From a virus (taxonomy: Duplodnaviria > Caudoviricetes): a DNA stretch of 64,000 nt. The stretch spans positions 64,001-128,000 of the IMG/VR virus record IMGVR_UViG_3300042275_000518. The stretch is one strand, 5' to 3'. Numbering within the stretch: position 1 is the stretch's first letter; the number at the start of each line of letters is the position of its first letter. A program made the position numbers and the translations under genes. Below, piece by piece: positions 31,605-40,624 of the stretch. The notes below the pieces were generated by a model that did no database searches, was not told the DNA's origin, and saw nothing but the letters and a program-made list of their open reading frames with translations.

Positions 31605-31940
31605 TTACATATTTAATTTTATAAATAATTCAAATGTTTCATCATCCATCTCAGTTATAAAATCTTTAAACTCAAAGATAATATATCTCTTCATAGAAAA
31701 ATCTTCCTCAAAAGCCAACTCAATTTCTATTGCTTTGAACATTATATTTTCTCCAAGTTTTAAGAGAAATCTAGAATTTCTAGTCTCAATAGGAACTGGA
31801 CCGCTTGGACCATCTAGATGCATATCTAGATCCATAAGCATTTTTATTCGTCCATCATCCATAAGTACTGGACGATTGCTTCCAAACTTTTCGTACTCTT
31901 TTTGTTTTAGTATTTCTATAAATTTGTCTAATTTTTCCAT
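31605..31940 (-). CDS. hypothetical protein with C-terminal LxxKL motif
   Basis: ends DDETFELFIKLNM. Confidence 0.7.
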   Translation of the reverse strand: MEKLDKFIEILKQKEYEKFGSNRPVLMDDGRIKMLMDLDMHLDGPSGPVPIETRNSRFLLKLGENIMFKAIEIELAFEEDFSMKRYIIFEFKDFITEMDDETFELFIKLNM

Positions 31941-31948
31941 TTTCTCTC

Positions 31949-32353
31949 CTATAATATCCAGTCAAAAGTTATAATTTTTAAATCTGAAATCCAATTAACA
32001 CCATTAATTCTGTCAATATTACCAACTGCTCTAATAGTGAACTTAGGATTTACACCTTGCTTTATTAAATTTTCTAAATCTTTCCCTATTTTTGTTGGGA
32101 GTATCTCAATAATTCCATACAAATCTTTATCTTTGAAATAGAGATTTTTTATTGAATGCGTTACACGGTTTAAATTAAACTTAATTAATTCTTCATAAGA
32201 ATCCGGTGTATCTGCCTCTCCATACAGTATATTATTTGAAATCTTATTTTGTATGGATTCATCTTCAATACATTTCTTCACTAATTCATACAGATAAAAA
32301 TTTCTTGAAGGTAATACTTGATCTGTTTTTAATAATAGAGCTTCTATTTCCAT
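31949..32353 (-). CDS. prohead protease-like protein (T4 gp21 family fold), catalytic residues apparently replaced
   Basis: GEADTP, VTHSI, TKIGK.L..LI..G, FTIRAVG, IITFDW. Confidence 0.65.
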   Translation of the reverse strand: MEIEALLLKTDQVLPSRNFYLYELVKKCIEDESIQNKISNNILYGEADTPDSYEELIKFNLNRVTHSIKNLYFKDKDLYGIIEILPTKIGKDLENLIKQGVNPKFTIRAVGNIDRINGVNWISDLKIITFDWIL

Positions 32354-32375
32354 ACAAAACTTCCTTTCTTTTTAT

Positions 32376-32715
32376 TGGTGGAGGTGAGGGGAGTCGAACC
32401 CCTGTCCAAAACAAAATTCATTAGACTTTCTACATAGTTAGATTATTGTTTGATTTTCGTACACTGATAACAATATTCTAAAATCAAGTGTATATAACTC
32501 CCCTTATTTCTTATACTGCTCGGAGTACCGCAAGTATAAACAGTCTGATAACTGGCGTTAGATATAATACTCAGACGATATTATAGTAACGTTCGACCTC
32601 TTCTTAGGCGAAAGCTAATTCTTGTGTGTTTGCGTTTATATTTTGTTTGATGATTACGTCATCGCTCGCTATGCTTATCTAATTTCATTCATCCTGTCGA
32701 AACCATTACACCCCC
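32376..32715 (-). ncRNA. ssrA: tmRNA, tag ANTQELAFA (32633-32604)
   Basis: GGGGGUGUAAUGGUUUCGAC 5' end, GGUUCGACUCC...CACCUCCACCA 3' end, Ala-ending tag ORF. Confidence 0.95.
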
Positions 32716-32770
32716 GTATACAAAGTTATAATATATAAGTGAAAATAGTTTTATAAAAAAGATCTACTAT

Positions 32771-33424
32771 TTACAGTAGATCTTTTATAATATTTTCAAA
32801 TAAATAGTCTTCTGCCATTTTAATATTTTTAGATTGATTGTTATATGATTCCTTATATCTTATAGATGTACTTGAAACGCCTGCTTCACTAAAAGGAACT
32901 AGATAACCTTCCTCTCTTGTAGTACTAAAAAGATAATAAAACTCAAATGAACCTTTTTCATATTTACCACTTCTATAAACACCATTAACTAGCTGTGATT
33001 GACTTGTTGAAAAAATTATAGTGCTACCAGTATCAACTGTTGAGGTTTTTACTTGTACCCTATAGAGTTTTTTATTTAGCTCTATTATAAATTCATAAGG
33101 TGAATTATCTCCCAAAACTTGGGCGTTTAGTATATCAAATTTAGCACACTCATATTTAAAATAATTTTCGCCTATATCTCCTATTTTTTTATAATTCTTT
33201 AAGTCTTTTAATTGTTTGCTTTTTCTTTCTTCCAATGAAAGAGATGGCCTATCCTTTAAACTAATATTTAAACTCTCTATCCTATTGTTTATTTTATTTC
33301 TAGTATTTAATCCTGGTGCATTTTTGTAACCCATTTTTAAAGCTAATTCATTTATGGATATAGATTTACTAACTAGTTCTATAAAATCCTCATCTAGAAT
33401 ATTATCAACTATAGATTTATTCAT
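32771..33424 (-). CDS. free-standing PD-(D/E)XK homing-type endonuclease
   Basis: IGDIGE..., YEFI...KLYRVQVKT; own late-type promoter. Confidence 0.7.
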   Translation of the reverse strand: MNKSIVDNILDEDFIELVSKSISINELALKMGYKNAPGLNTRNKINNRIESLNISLKDRPSLSLEERKSKQLKDLKNYKKIGDIGENYFKYECAKFDILNAQVLGDNSPYEFIIELNKKLYRVQVKTSTVDTGSTIIFSTSQSQLVNGVYRSGKYEKGSFEFYYLFSTTREEGYLVPFSEAGVSSTSIRYKESYNNQSKNIKMAEDYLFENIIKDLL

Positions 33425-33499
33425 AAAAAAAAAATCCTCCTTATTTTATAGTATTAATTATTTGTTCTATAAAATAAGTTCGATTTTTGTTCGTCTTAA

Positions 33500-33575
33500 T
33501 GGTAGGAAGAGGGGGAGTCGAACCCACCGTAATCACGATTAAAAGTCGTGTGCATAACCGTTTTGCTATCTTCCC
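33500..33575 (-). tRNA. tRNA-Lys(TTT)
   Basis: cloverleaf, CCA. Confidence 0.9.
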
Positions 33576-33624
33576 ATAAATAAAGGTTTACTCTAGAAAG
33601 AGCAACCTTTAATGTTAAGTTTGA

Positions 33625-33825
33625 TTACTGAACTACAGTAACTTCAACTGCTTGTAGACCACGGTCAGACTCTTGAGTTTCAAACGTTACCGCTTGACCT
33701 TCTTCAAGTGTCTTGAAACCTTCTGCTACGATGTTTGTGAAATGTACGAATACATCTTTTCCGTCTTCTGCTGTGATAAAACCAAAGCCTTTCTCAGCAT
33801 TAAACCATTTTACAGTTCCATTCAT
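33625..33825 (-). CDS. csp: cold-shock protein
   Basis: [17 protein letters not shown]...DVFVHF; AGGAGG RBS. Confidence 0.95.
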   Translation of the reverse strand: MNGTVKWFNAEKGFGFITAEDGKDVFVHFTNIVAEGFKTLEEGQAVTFETQESDRGLQAVEVTVVQ

Positions 33826-33952
33826 TAGGGTGTTTCCTCCTTTTTTAGTGTTGCTTAGTGTTGATAAAAGGAGCAAATCCCTTTATTACTACTAGCTTAA
33901 ATTGAGCAGTTAAAAGCGTGCTCAGGCTAGACTTTTTAGGACTTTTCGGTCC

Positions 33953-34815
33953 GCCTGAGATAGGTTTAGAGTCTCTATTCCGACTATATCGCCCATATAG
34001 TATTTTCAATGCAAGAAGTTCGTTAGGCTCCGATACCAGTTCTGAGCTGGCGTGCTACAATCTACACTATTACATTTTTATGTGAAGAGTAATTCCTCTT
34101 CGGCGATATGCTCTCATTCCAACCAGGTCACCTCTGGAAGCTACAAGGCTTGTGAGTCTCTGTATGTGTTTGCTTAACGTCCCTGGAATGAAGGACATAA
34201 CTCTTTCAAGTCATTTACGGATGATTCTCTTTACATCCATCAAGGATAGTTTGGTAAACCTACTATCAAGGTTGAATAGCTTGCCGCACTATTCTATCCG
34301 CTTCCCCGGTTAACCAAGTCCAATTAAGGTTCCGGGAGTCTTGGCTTTATAGTATCTTTAGTTCGGGTTTTCCACCCATGGCTCGGATATAGAACCTGAC
34401 TCTGTCATGACGCTGGACAACGTATATTGATCTTTGTTACTATTTCTAGTAGACCAACTAGAGACAACCTGTTTGGATCGTGCCTTGATCCTCCGTGGAA
34501 GTTTTATAACTGTACGGAACTAGTTAGATGAAGGCTAGCCGCTTTTGCCTTCTACTACCATAATACTGGGAATTTCCCCGTGGGTTTCTTTCCATTTAAG
34601 GAGTGGACGGTAGATTACACCCTGAACCAATAACGGCTTCCTGGAAAGTATACAACTAATTTACGGTTTTGGGTGTCAGCCAAAGAAAGAAGTAAGTATA
34701 TACATAGCCAGGAAAAAATGCGCCCTTTTCTGGACGACTTTGGCTTGTTTTGGAGACCTAACTGAGATTCCCCTCAGTAACGCTAATGGATGCCACTCCT
34801 CACGTATATTGGCCA
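33953..34815 (-). ncRNA. large structured ncRNA, GOLLD/ROOL-like
   Basis: ~860 nt without a >=60-aa ORF, GC-enriched, many hairpins and long-range pairings, immediately 3' of tRNA-Asp; family not confirmed. Confidence 0.55.
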
Positions 34816-34817
34816 TA

Positions 34818-34894
34818 TGGCGGTCCTGACGGGAGTTGAACCCGCTACCCTCTGAGTGACAGTCAGAGATGCAAAACCGTTACACCTCAGGACC
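34818..34894 (-). tRNA. tRNA-Asp(GTC)
   Basis: cloverleaf, CCA. Confidence 0.9.
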
Positions 34895-35068
34895 TTGTAT
34901 GGAAACCGACTCCGCCTGGTATCGGGTACTATTTTTGATGGTTTGTATTACTCCACCTGTGATTATTTCCATTTTAACACGACAGTAATGTAGATTTAAA
35001 GGAATTTTTCATAAGTTGTTACCTCCATGTAGCATATTCCCTTTAATTTGGCGCTCTAAATGAGCATA

Positions 35069-35142
35069 TGGAGCAGATAGTCGGGATCGAACCGACATTG
35101 TAAGATTGGAAGTCTTAGGTCTTACCATTAGACGATATCTGC
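35069..35142 (-). tRNA. tRNA-Gly(TCC)
   Basis: cloverleaf, CCA. Confidence 0.9.
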
Positions 35143-35148
35143 ATATTT

Positions 35149-35237
35149 TGGCGGAAGGAAGAGGTGTCGATCCCCATACCCGTAAAGGTACGATCAGTTT
35201 TCAAGACTGTCCTACAGGCCGCTGCAGTTTTCCTTCC
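35149..35237 (-). tRNA. tRNA-Ser(TGA), atypical D and T loops
   Basis: long variable arm, G73, CCA. Confidence 0.8.
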
Positions 35238-35246
35238 AAATATTTT

Positions 35247-35320
35247 TGGCGGGAGTTAAAGGATTTGAACCCTTATCAACGCTTTTGGAGAGCGGCATGC
35301 TACCATTGCACCAAACTCCC
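35247..35320 (-). tRNA. tRNA-Trp(CCA)
   Basis: cloverleaf; C27-U43 mismatch. Confidence 0.9.
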
Positions 35321-35340
35321 GATAATAATAATAATTTAAA

Positions 35341-35419
35341 TGGTCGGGGAGACAGGATTTGAACCTGCGAAATCTCCTGGTCCCAAACCAGGCGCCTTAC
35401 CAAACTTGGCCACTCCCCG
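35341..35419 (-). tRNA. tRNA-Pro(TGG)
   Basis: cloverleaf, CCA. Confidence 0.95.
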
Positions 35420-35426
35420 TAGTATA

Positions 35427-35502
35427 TGGCGGCCCCAGCAGGTCACGATCCTGCGACACCGTGATTAACAGTCACGTGCTCTACCAACTGAGCTATGGAG
35501 CC
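35427..35502 (-). tRNA. tRNA-Asn(GTT)
   Basis: cloverleaf, CCA. Confidence 0.9.
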
Positions 35503-35508
35503 ATGATA

Positions 35509-35583
35509 TGGTGCTCGTTGAAGGGATTGAACCTCCGACATCCTGGATGTAAGCCAGGCGCTCTCCCGCTGAGCTAAACGAGC
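35509..35583 (-). tRNA. tRNA-Val(TAC)
   Basis: cloverleaf, CCA. Confidence 0.9.
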
Positions 35584-35586
35584 ATT

Positions 35587-35665
35587 TGGTGGATCTACGG
35601 GGATTCGAACCCCGCTGAATTCCTGTGTGCAAGACAGGTGAACACCCCAAGCATTCCCTAGACCC
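35587..35665 (-). tRNA. tRNA-Ala(TGC), atypical D arm
   Basis: G3-U70, TGC anticodon, CCA. Confidence 0.8.
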
Positions 35666-35787
35666 ATATATAATGAATTCCGCCACAAAAATACTATATT
35701 CTGAACTTGACCAAATTCAAAATAATTTTCTTTGTTATTATTTTCTTTTACTAGCTTCTTCAGAGCTAGGCGAAGGTCAAATATCAT

Positions 35788-35863
35788 TGGTGGACTCGAT
35801 GGGGAACGATCCCACAACCTCCTGCGTGCAAGGCAGGCGCTCTCCCAGCTGAGCTACAAGCCC
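35788..35863 (-). tRNA. tRNA-Ala(TGC)
   Basis: cloverleaf, G3-U70, CCA. Confidence 0.9.
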
Positions 35864-35935
35864 ATTTTAAAGAAATTACAAAGCAGAATATCTGGCCTTC
35901 ATAATTTCAAAATCCTTTCGGATTTATAGATATTT

Positions 35936-36009
35936 TGGTGGAAATGGGAAGAATTGAACTTCCATTGCACGATTATCAGTCGTGAGTTCTGCCATTAAAC
36001 TACACTTCC
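35936..36009 (-). tRNA. tRNA-Ile(GAT)
   Basis: cloverleaf, CCA. Confidence 0.9.
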
Positions 36010-36011
36010 TT

Positions 36012-36087
36012 TGGTAGGGAATACTGAAATTGAACTATCGACACCATGCTCTTCAGGCATGTGCTCTACCAACTGAGCTACAGGTCC
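36012..36087 (-). pseudogene. chimeric tRNA-Phe(GAA) pseudogene
   Basis: intact D and anticodon arms; acceptor and T stems do not pair. Confidence 0.7.
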
Positions 36088-36216
36088 ATATATATTAAGC
36101 ATGAGTTGACCCTTCTCCTCGCATTAATCTCCTGGTCAGGTTAAGATTAACAACTGAGAGTATATTTATCCTACCCCCTTGAGTGCTTACGGTAGGTCAT
36201 GCTTAATTACTTTTAA

Positions 36217-36302
36217 TGGTGGGCAGGGTTGGATTTGAACCAACGTACCCGTGAGGGAGCAGATTTACAGTCTGCCGCGTTTAACCACTTCGCTACCTAC
36301 CC
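36217..36302 (-). tRNA. tRNA-Tyr(GTA)
   Basis: cloverleaf, long variable arm, CCA. Confidence 0.95.
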
Positions 36303-36547
36303 AAAATGCGGTGAGAGCTTTGCTCTCCTTACAAATAATATCAGTTAAGACACTATATGCGAAACTCCGACTTAGTTTCCGTCCTATAGAAAGGTGATAG
36401 AAATACCACATCAGTAAAACCAAAAAGCATAATTATTCCACTCTAGCACTTTATCTAGTCCCGGGTTTCAAAGTCTCTGAGGGTTTCTGCGGTATACTCT
36501 TGCAAGTAGTATATTATCCGCCATTTTCTTCTTCTTAGTTTTATTCA

Positions 36548-36695
36548 TGGTAGGAATAGAAGGATTCAAACCTTCACTTCAAGTGAAATACACATGTCCT
36601 AATTGTTTTATCTGCAGTTATTATCAATTAATCGTATATATACCCACTTGACACGGCCCTACGGGCGCTGACTTTATCAATTTGCCTATATTCCT
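36548..36695 (-). ncRNA. expanded tRNA-like RNA (148 nt)
   Basis: AGGAAUA/UAUUCCU-ACCA acceptor, D and T arms, but no normal anticodon arm and a ~70-nt insert. Confidence 0.65.
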
Positions 36696-36700
36696 ATATA

Positions 36701-36777
36701 TGGTGCCTAGGGTGGGATTCGAACCCACACTGTCTAGTTTCTAAGACTAGTTCCTCTACCAGTTGGGATACCTAGGC
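36701..36777 (-). tRNA. tRNA-Leu(TAG) with short variable loop
   Basis: cloverleaf, A73, CCA. Confidence 0.85.
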
Positions 36778-36790
36778 TGAGAAGCTAAAT

Positions 36791-37534
36791 TTATTTAGCT
36801 TTCTTTCTTCTATGCTCTCTTCCATTTCCTTTATTAGCACCTTTATAAGTTGCTGTAAGACTATGGCAATTTGGGCATAGTAATGTAAGATTTTCCTCTT
36901 TATTATTTTTATAATTTCCATCAATATGTTCCACTTCTAGTGGAATATTTCCTGTATGAGGATTAACTGAATTCCAATTACAAATCGCACATGAGTTATT
37001 GTATTTTTTATAAAGATATTTACGAATATATGGAGATATTTTAAAACCATTTCCAATATTTTTTTCAATATCTCCAGATAACCATGAATTAATTCAATTA
37101 TTATATTTGTAATCATTTTGACATTTAATATCACAAAATTTTTTTTGATACCGTGTCTTAAGCTCCTTACCACAATTTAAACAAACTTTTTTTTCTGCTC
37201 TTTTAGAATTATTTTTCTTAGCAGAGCAACTTTGAGAGCAGAATTTTTTAGCTCTAGTATAGTTAGCTGTAGTATCAAATTTAATTGGTTTTCCACAATA
37301 CTCACATAATTTTGGATGCTTCTTATAATCTTCTTCTGTTTCTACTCTGCATTTTGGACACTGGTTTAATCTACCTTCCCTAACTAAACTCGCAGCTAGA
37401 ATAGTGTTTTCATGCCCATTATGACACACTACAGTCATCTTTTGTTTGGTATTGATAAAATTTTCTTTAATTTCTTTTATCCATGGCTTCATAGATAACA
37501 CTTTTTCTTTAAATTCTTTTTCTGTATATTTCAT
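36791..37534 (-). CDS. HNH endonuclease with one in-frame TGA (37096-37094)
   Basis: Zn-finger N-half continues in frame past TGA into LEVEHIDGNYKNNKEENLTLLCPNCH. Confidence 0.75.
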
Positions 37535-37599
37535 TATTTTCCTCCTATTATAAGATAAAAAATTGTTCTCATAATCGGTGCGGAAAAAACTTCTTGAGG

Positions 37600-37676
37600 T
37601 GGAGCTGGTGGCAGGAATTGAACCCGCGACATCGTCATTACAAGTGACGCGCTCTGGCCTGCTGAGCTACACCAGC
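37600..37676 (-). tRNA. tRNA-Thr(TGT)
   Basis: cloverleaf, CCA. Confidence 0.9.
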
Positions 37677-37685
37677 AATTAGAGT

Positions 37686-38156
37686 TTATTTAATAAACTC
37701 TTTTAAATATTCACCAAATTTTGCAACTTGGTCTTCTGTCATTATTATACCTGCTAAATATATTTCCTTTTTAAATTTGTTTCTAGTGATGATATCAAAG
37801 ATATCAAAGTAATAATCTGCATCATTAGTCCAACCATCTCTCTTAAAAACAAATTTTATTTGATCTTTATTAACTGTAAGCATTACAATGTCTTCAATAT
37901 CAAGATCAATTTTATCAATTGTAACATGATTTTTTCTATTATCAACAGCCTCTACTAAATATAGCATTTCCTCTTTAGTAAGTATAAAATTTCTTAGCTT
38001 CTTCATATTTCTTTTTGACAATGGTTTATTTCCAACGCCATGATAGACATCAATATAATATTCACCATCTTCTAGATCAAATATTCTAAAAATAGTGCAT
38101 CCACATTTACATGTTAAATAAATACTATCTTCTGTCATAGCTACTAAATCTTTCAT
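37686..38156 (-). CDS. hypothetical protein
   Basis: 156 aa, AGGAGG RBS, CxCGC. Confidence 0.7.
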   Translation of the reverse strand: MKDLVAMTEDSIYLTCKCGCTIFRIFDLEDGEYYIDVYHGVGNKPLSKRNMKKLRNFILTKEEMLYLVEAVDNRKNHVTIDKIDLDIEDIVMLTVNKDQIKFVFKRDGWTNDADYYFDIFDIITRNKFKKEIYLAGIIMTEDQVAKFGEYLKEFIK

Positions 38157-38174
38157 AATTCCTCCTTTTATTAA

Positions 38175-38250
38175 TGGCAGGGATGCCTAGATTCGAACTA
38201 GGGATCTCGGAGTCAAAGTCCGATGCCTTAACCAACTTGGCTACACCCCT
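38175..38250 (-). tRNA. tRNA-Gln(TTG)
   Basis: cloverleaf, CCA. Confidence 0.95.
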
Positions 38251-38328
38251 ACAACGTAGACAAATATAAAAAGTTTGCCTACTGAATTTATATAGATATC
38301 TGTACCAATAAGATATTATATACTAATT

Positions 38329-38404
38329 TGGTGACCTATACAGGACTTGAACCTGCGAATGCCAGGATGAAAACCTGGTGTGTTAACCTCTTCACCAATA
38401 GGCC
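38329..38404 (-). tRNA. tRNA-Glu(TTC)
   Basis: cloverleaf, CCA. Confidence 0.9.
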
Positions 38405-38437
38405 AAAAGTAAGGGCAGGCGAACCCGCCCTTGTTAT

Positions 38438-40576
38438 TTACATGTAAGTTGCAATCTTTTCTAGGTCATACGGAGTGATGTCTCCATCTTCCGCAATCAC
38501 TATGTCTGCATCTTCTCGGTTATCAACAATTTCACCACGAGCTTCGGCATTTAGCACAAAGATATCGTATACACTCAATCTGTTACGATCGATGTAAGAA
38601 CGAATATGGTCGAAGATTGCGTCACTTTGAGATGTTGCAACTCGTGTAGAACGGTTAGCATGCATATTCACATCTAACCAAACAACTTCTTTTTCTTCAA
38701 GATTGATAAGATAACTTATCGCTGATCCTGAAGGAGAAGTCATTCTAAAGATATTTTCAACCGTTTTAGGGTCAAAAGTTTTACCTTTAGTTAATTCTTC
38801 TCTAGGCATAAATCCACCAAAGACTTCATGGAATTCCTTGAATTGTGGGCCGCTAAAGACATTATTTGTCAACGCAATGTAATGAATACCTTGTGCAAAT
38901 GCTTCATCAAGTTTTACGTCAATGAATTCACTTGCTCCGCGGCTTCCATCTACGATGTCACCTGAGTGAGTTACGACTGTGCTGTAATCACGACTATAAC
39001 TATGCCAGCTAACTTCACCAATATATTTACCGTTTTCATCGTAGAACAATGCAGCGGTATCAATGTCAGTACGTTGTCCTGGCGTATGCCAATAAGTGAA
39101 GAATCGAACGTTTTTACCTTCTATTTTGAATTTACTACCTTTAGCTGGAATTTTCACTCCATCAGAAGCAGTTCTTTCATCAGTAGGTAGAGCATAGTTT
39201 TTCATTTCTTCCGAAATGTAGACTTTACCCATTTCTTCACGTTCTGCGTATGCATTACGCAATGCAGTCTTAACAGAGTCTTGAATGTTAAGAACAAGTT
39301 CAGGTGCAAGAGCTCCTAAGTTATTGTCGATGACTTTAACTTTTGAAGATTTACCTTTGAGTACGAATACTCTCTTGTCTTTTTGTTCAAGTCTGTCTTC
39401 AAAGTGTTCGAATAATTGAATAAGTACTGGACTAGCCACTTCTTTTCCAACTTCTCCAAATGCTTCTAAAACTGCTTTTGTATCAAATCCAGCTTCTCTG
39501 ACTAGTAAGTCAAGCTTTCTAGCAAATTCACCAGGTCTTGATTTCAACATTTTAAGTACAGATTCAGTATCTCTCTCAGCTAATGCTTTTTCAAGATTAG
39601 AATTGAAAGTACGAATTTTTCCATACTCATTTTCGTTTCTAAGTTTTTGGAACGCTTTGAAAGCCTTTGTATAACGTTTAGAATATTCACCTGGGTGAAG
39701 TCTTTCTCCTAAACGAGTCCATTGACCTTGGTAACGTTTCATATCCTCAGTAACGTTTTTCTTGCTTGCTACTGCATCGATTAAAGATAACAATGTTCTA
39801 CGAGTAGAACGATTGAAATTTTTGAATCGAGTGTTTTCAGTAAGCGTTTCATCACCATTTGATAGTGATGCAGCAAGGCGTAAGACATCATTGACTTGAG
39901 CTTTTTCAAACCATTTTGTCATATAAGATGCTTTAGTATCTCTGTCGAGAACTGTTGTATCTTTATGATTAATGAAATAAGAAGTTACAAAAGCCAGATT
40001 TTCTTTCATAGGTACTTCTTCTGGAAGAGCTTTTGCGCCATATGTGTTGATTAATTCAAGAACACGTTCTTTATTAGCATCAGAGATACTAGTACGTGAG
40101 CTTAAGAAATCAACAGAGATTTGTGCAAGAACTTTATCAGTTTCTTCCATTGTGATTACTGACAACACACGAGGTTTTGTCTTTTCATCAAATGGCAAAC
40201 GATGTTGCTCATCTTGGAAGTCTGATAGTTTGAATTCTCCACCAGTTAAATAATGCATGATTGCATTAAAATACCATTGGCCTTCCTCAAGGTTGTAAAC
40301 ATCCTCTGGGAAGTTTTTATAGAAAGTCACATGTTGAACGTGATCTCCCTTGCTTTGTTTCAATAGTCCAAATGTTGAACTATAGAACTCTGCCAAATCT
40401 TGTTCACTAAATGTTGAGATTTTTTCGATACTTTCAGTATCAAGAATATAACCAACACTTGCAAAACTTTCTAATAATTTTCCGATAAGTGTCTCTCCCA
40501 CACCTTCGGTACTTGGAGTTGAACTAGTTGCTACGTAACCTTTTACTAACAATAATTCTTTAATTTCTTTCTTCAT
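38438..40576 (-). CDS. 712-aa protein: large helical N-region + C-terminal TerD-like domain
   Basis: LGERLHPGEY, RPGEFARKLDLL; C-terminal DIDTAALFY...HSGDIVDG..GASEFIDV TerD-type motifs. Confidence 0.7.
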   Translation of the reverse strand: MKKEIKELLLVKGYVATSSTPSTEGVGETLIGKLLESFASVGYILDTESIEKISTFSEQDLAEFYSSTFGLLKQSKGDHVQHVTFYKNFPEDVYNLEEGQWYFNAIMHYLTGGEFKLSDFQDEQHRLPFDEKTKPRVLSVITMEETDKVLAQISVDFLSSRTSISDANKERVLELINTYGAKALPEEVPMKENLAFVTSYFINHKDTTVLDRDTKASYMTKWFEKAQVNDVLRLAASLSNGDETLTENTRFKNFNRSTRRTLLSLIDAVASKKNVTEDMKRYQGQWTRLGERLHPGEYSKRYTKAFKAFQKLRNENEYGKIRTFNSNLEKALAERDTESVLKMLKSRPGEFARKLDLLVREAGFDTKAVLEAFGEVGKEVASPVLIQLFEHFEDRLEQKDKRVFVLKGKSSKVKVIDNNLGALAPELVLNIQDSVKTALRNAYAEREEMGKVYISEEMKNYALPTDERTASDGVKIPAKGSKFKIEGKNVRFFTYWHTPGQRTDIDTAALFYDENGKYIGEVSWHSYSRDYSTVVTHSGDIVDGSRGASEFIDVKLDEAFAQGIHYIALTNNVFSGPQFKEFHEVFGGFMPREELTKGKTFDPKTVENIFRMTSPSGSAISYLINLEEKEVVWLDVNMHANRSTRVATSQSDAIFDHIRSYIDRNRLSVYDIFVLNAEARGEIVDNREDADIVIAEDGDITPYDLEKIATYM

Positions 40577-40624
40577 TTTTGTTCTCCTTTTCTGGCCTCA
40601 TTGACCGATAAATTTTTTATAATA

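Noticed and set aside
35705-35782. Hammerhead ribozyme suggested by CUGAAGA
   Set aside because: CUGAAGA lies in a simple hairpin loop; no three-way junction with GAAA and a cleavage triplet could be built.
35106-35929. Six-frame ORFs across the tRNA cluster (also 23314-23571, 24696-24908, 41880-42398)
   Set aside because: They overlap clear tRNA genes or structured RNA and lack an RBS.
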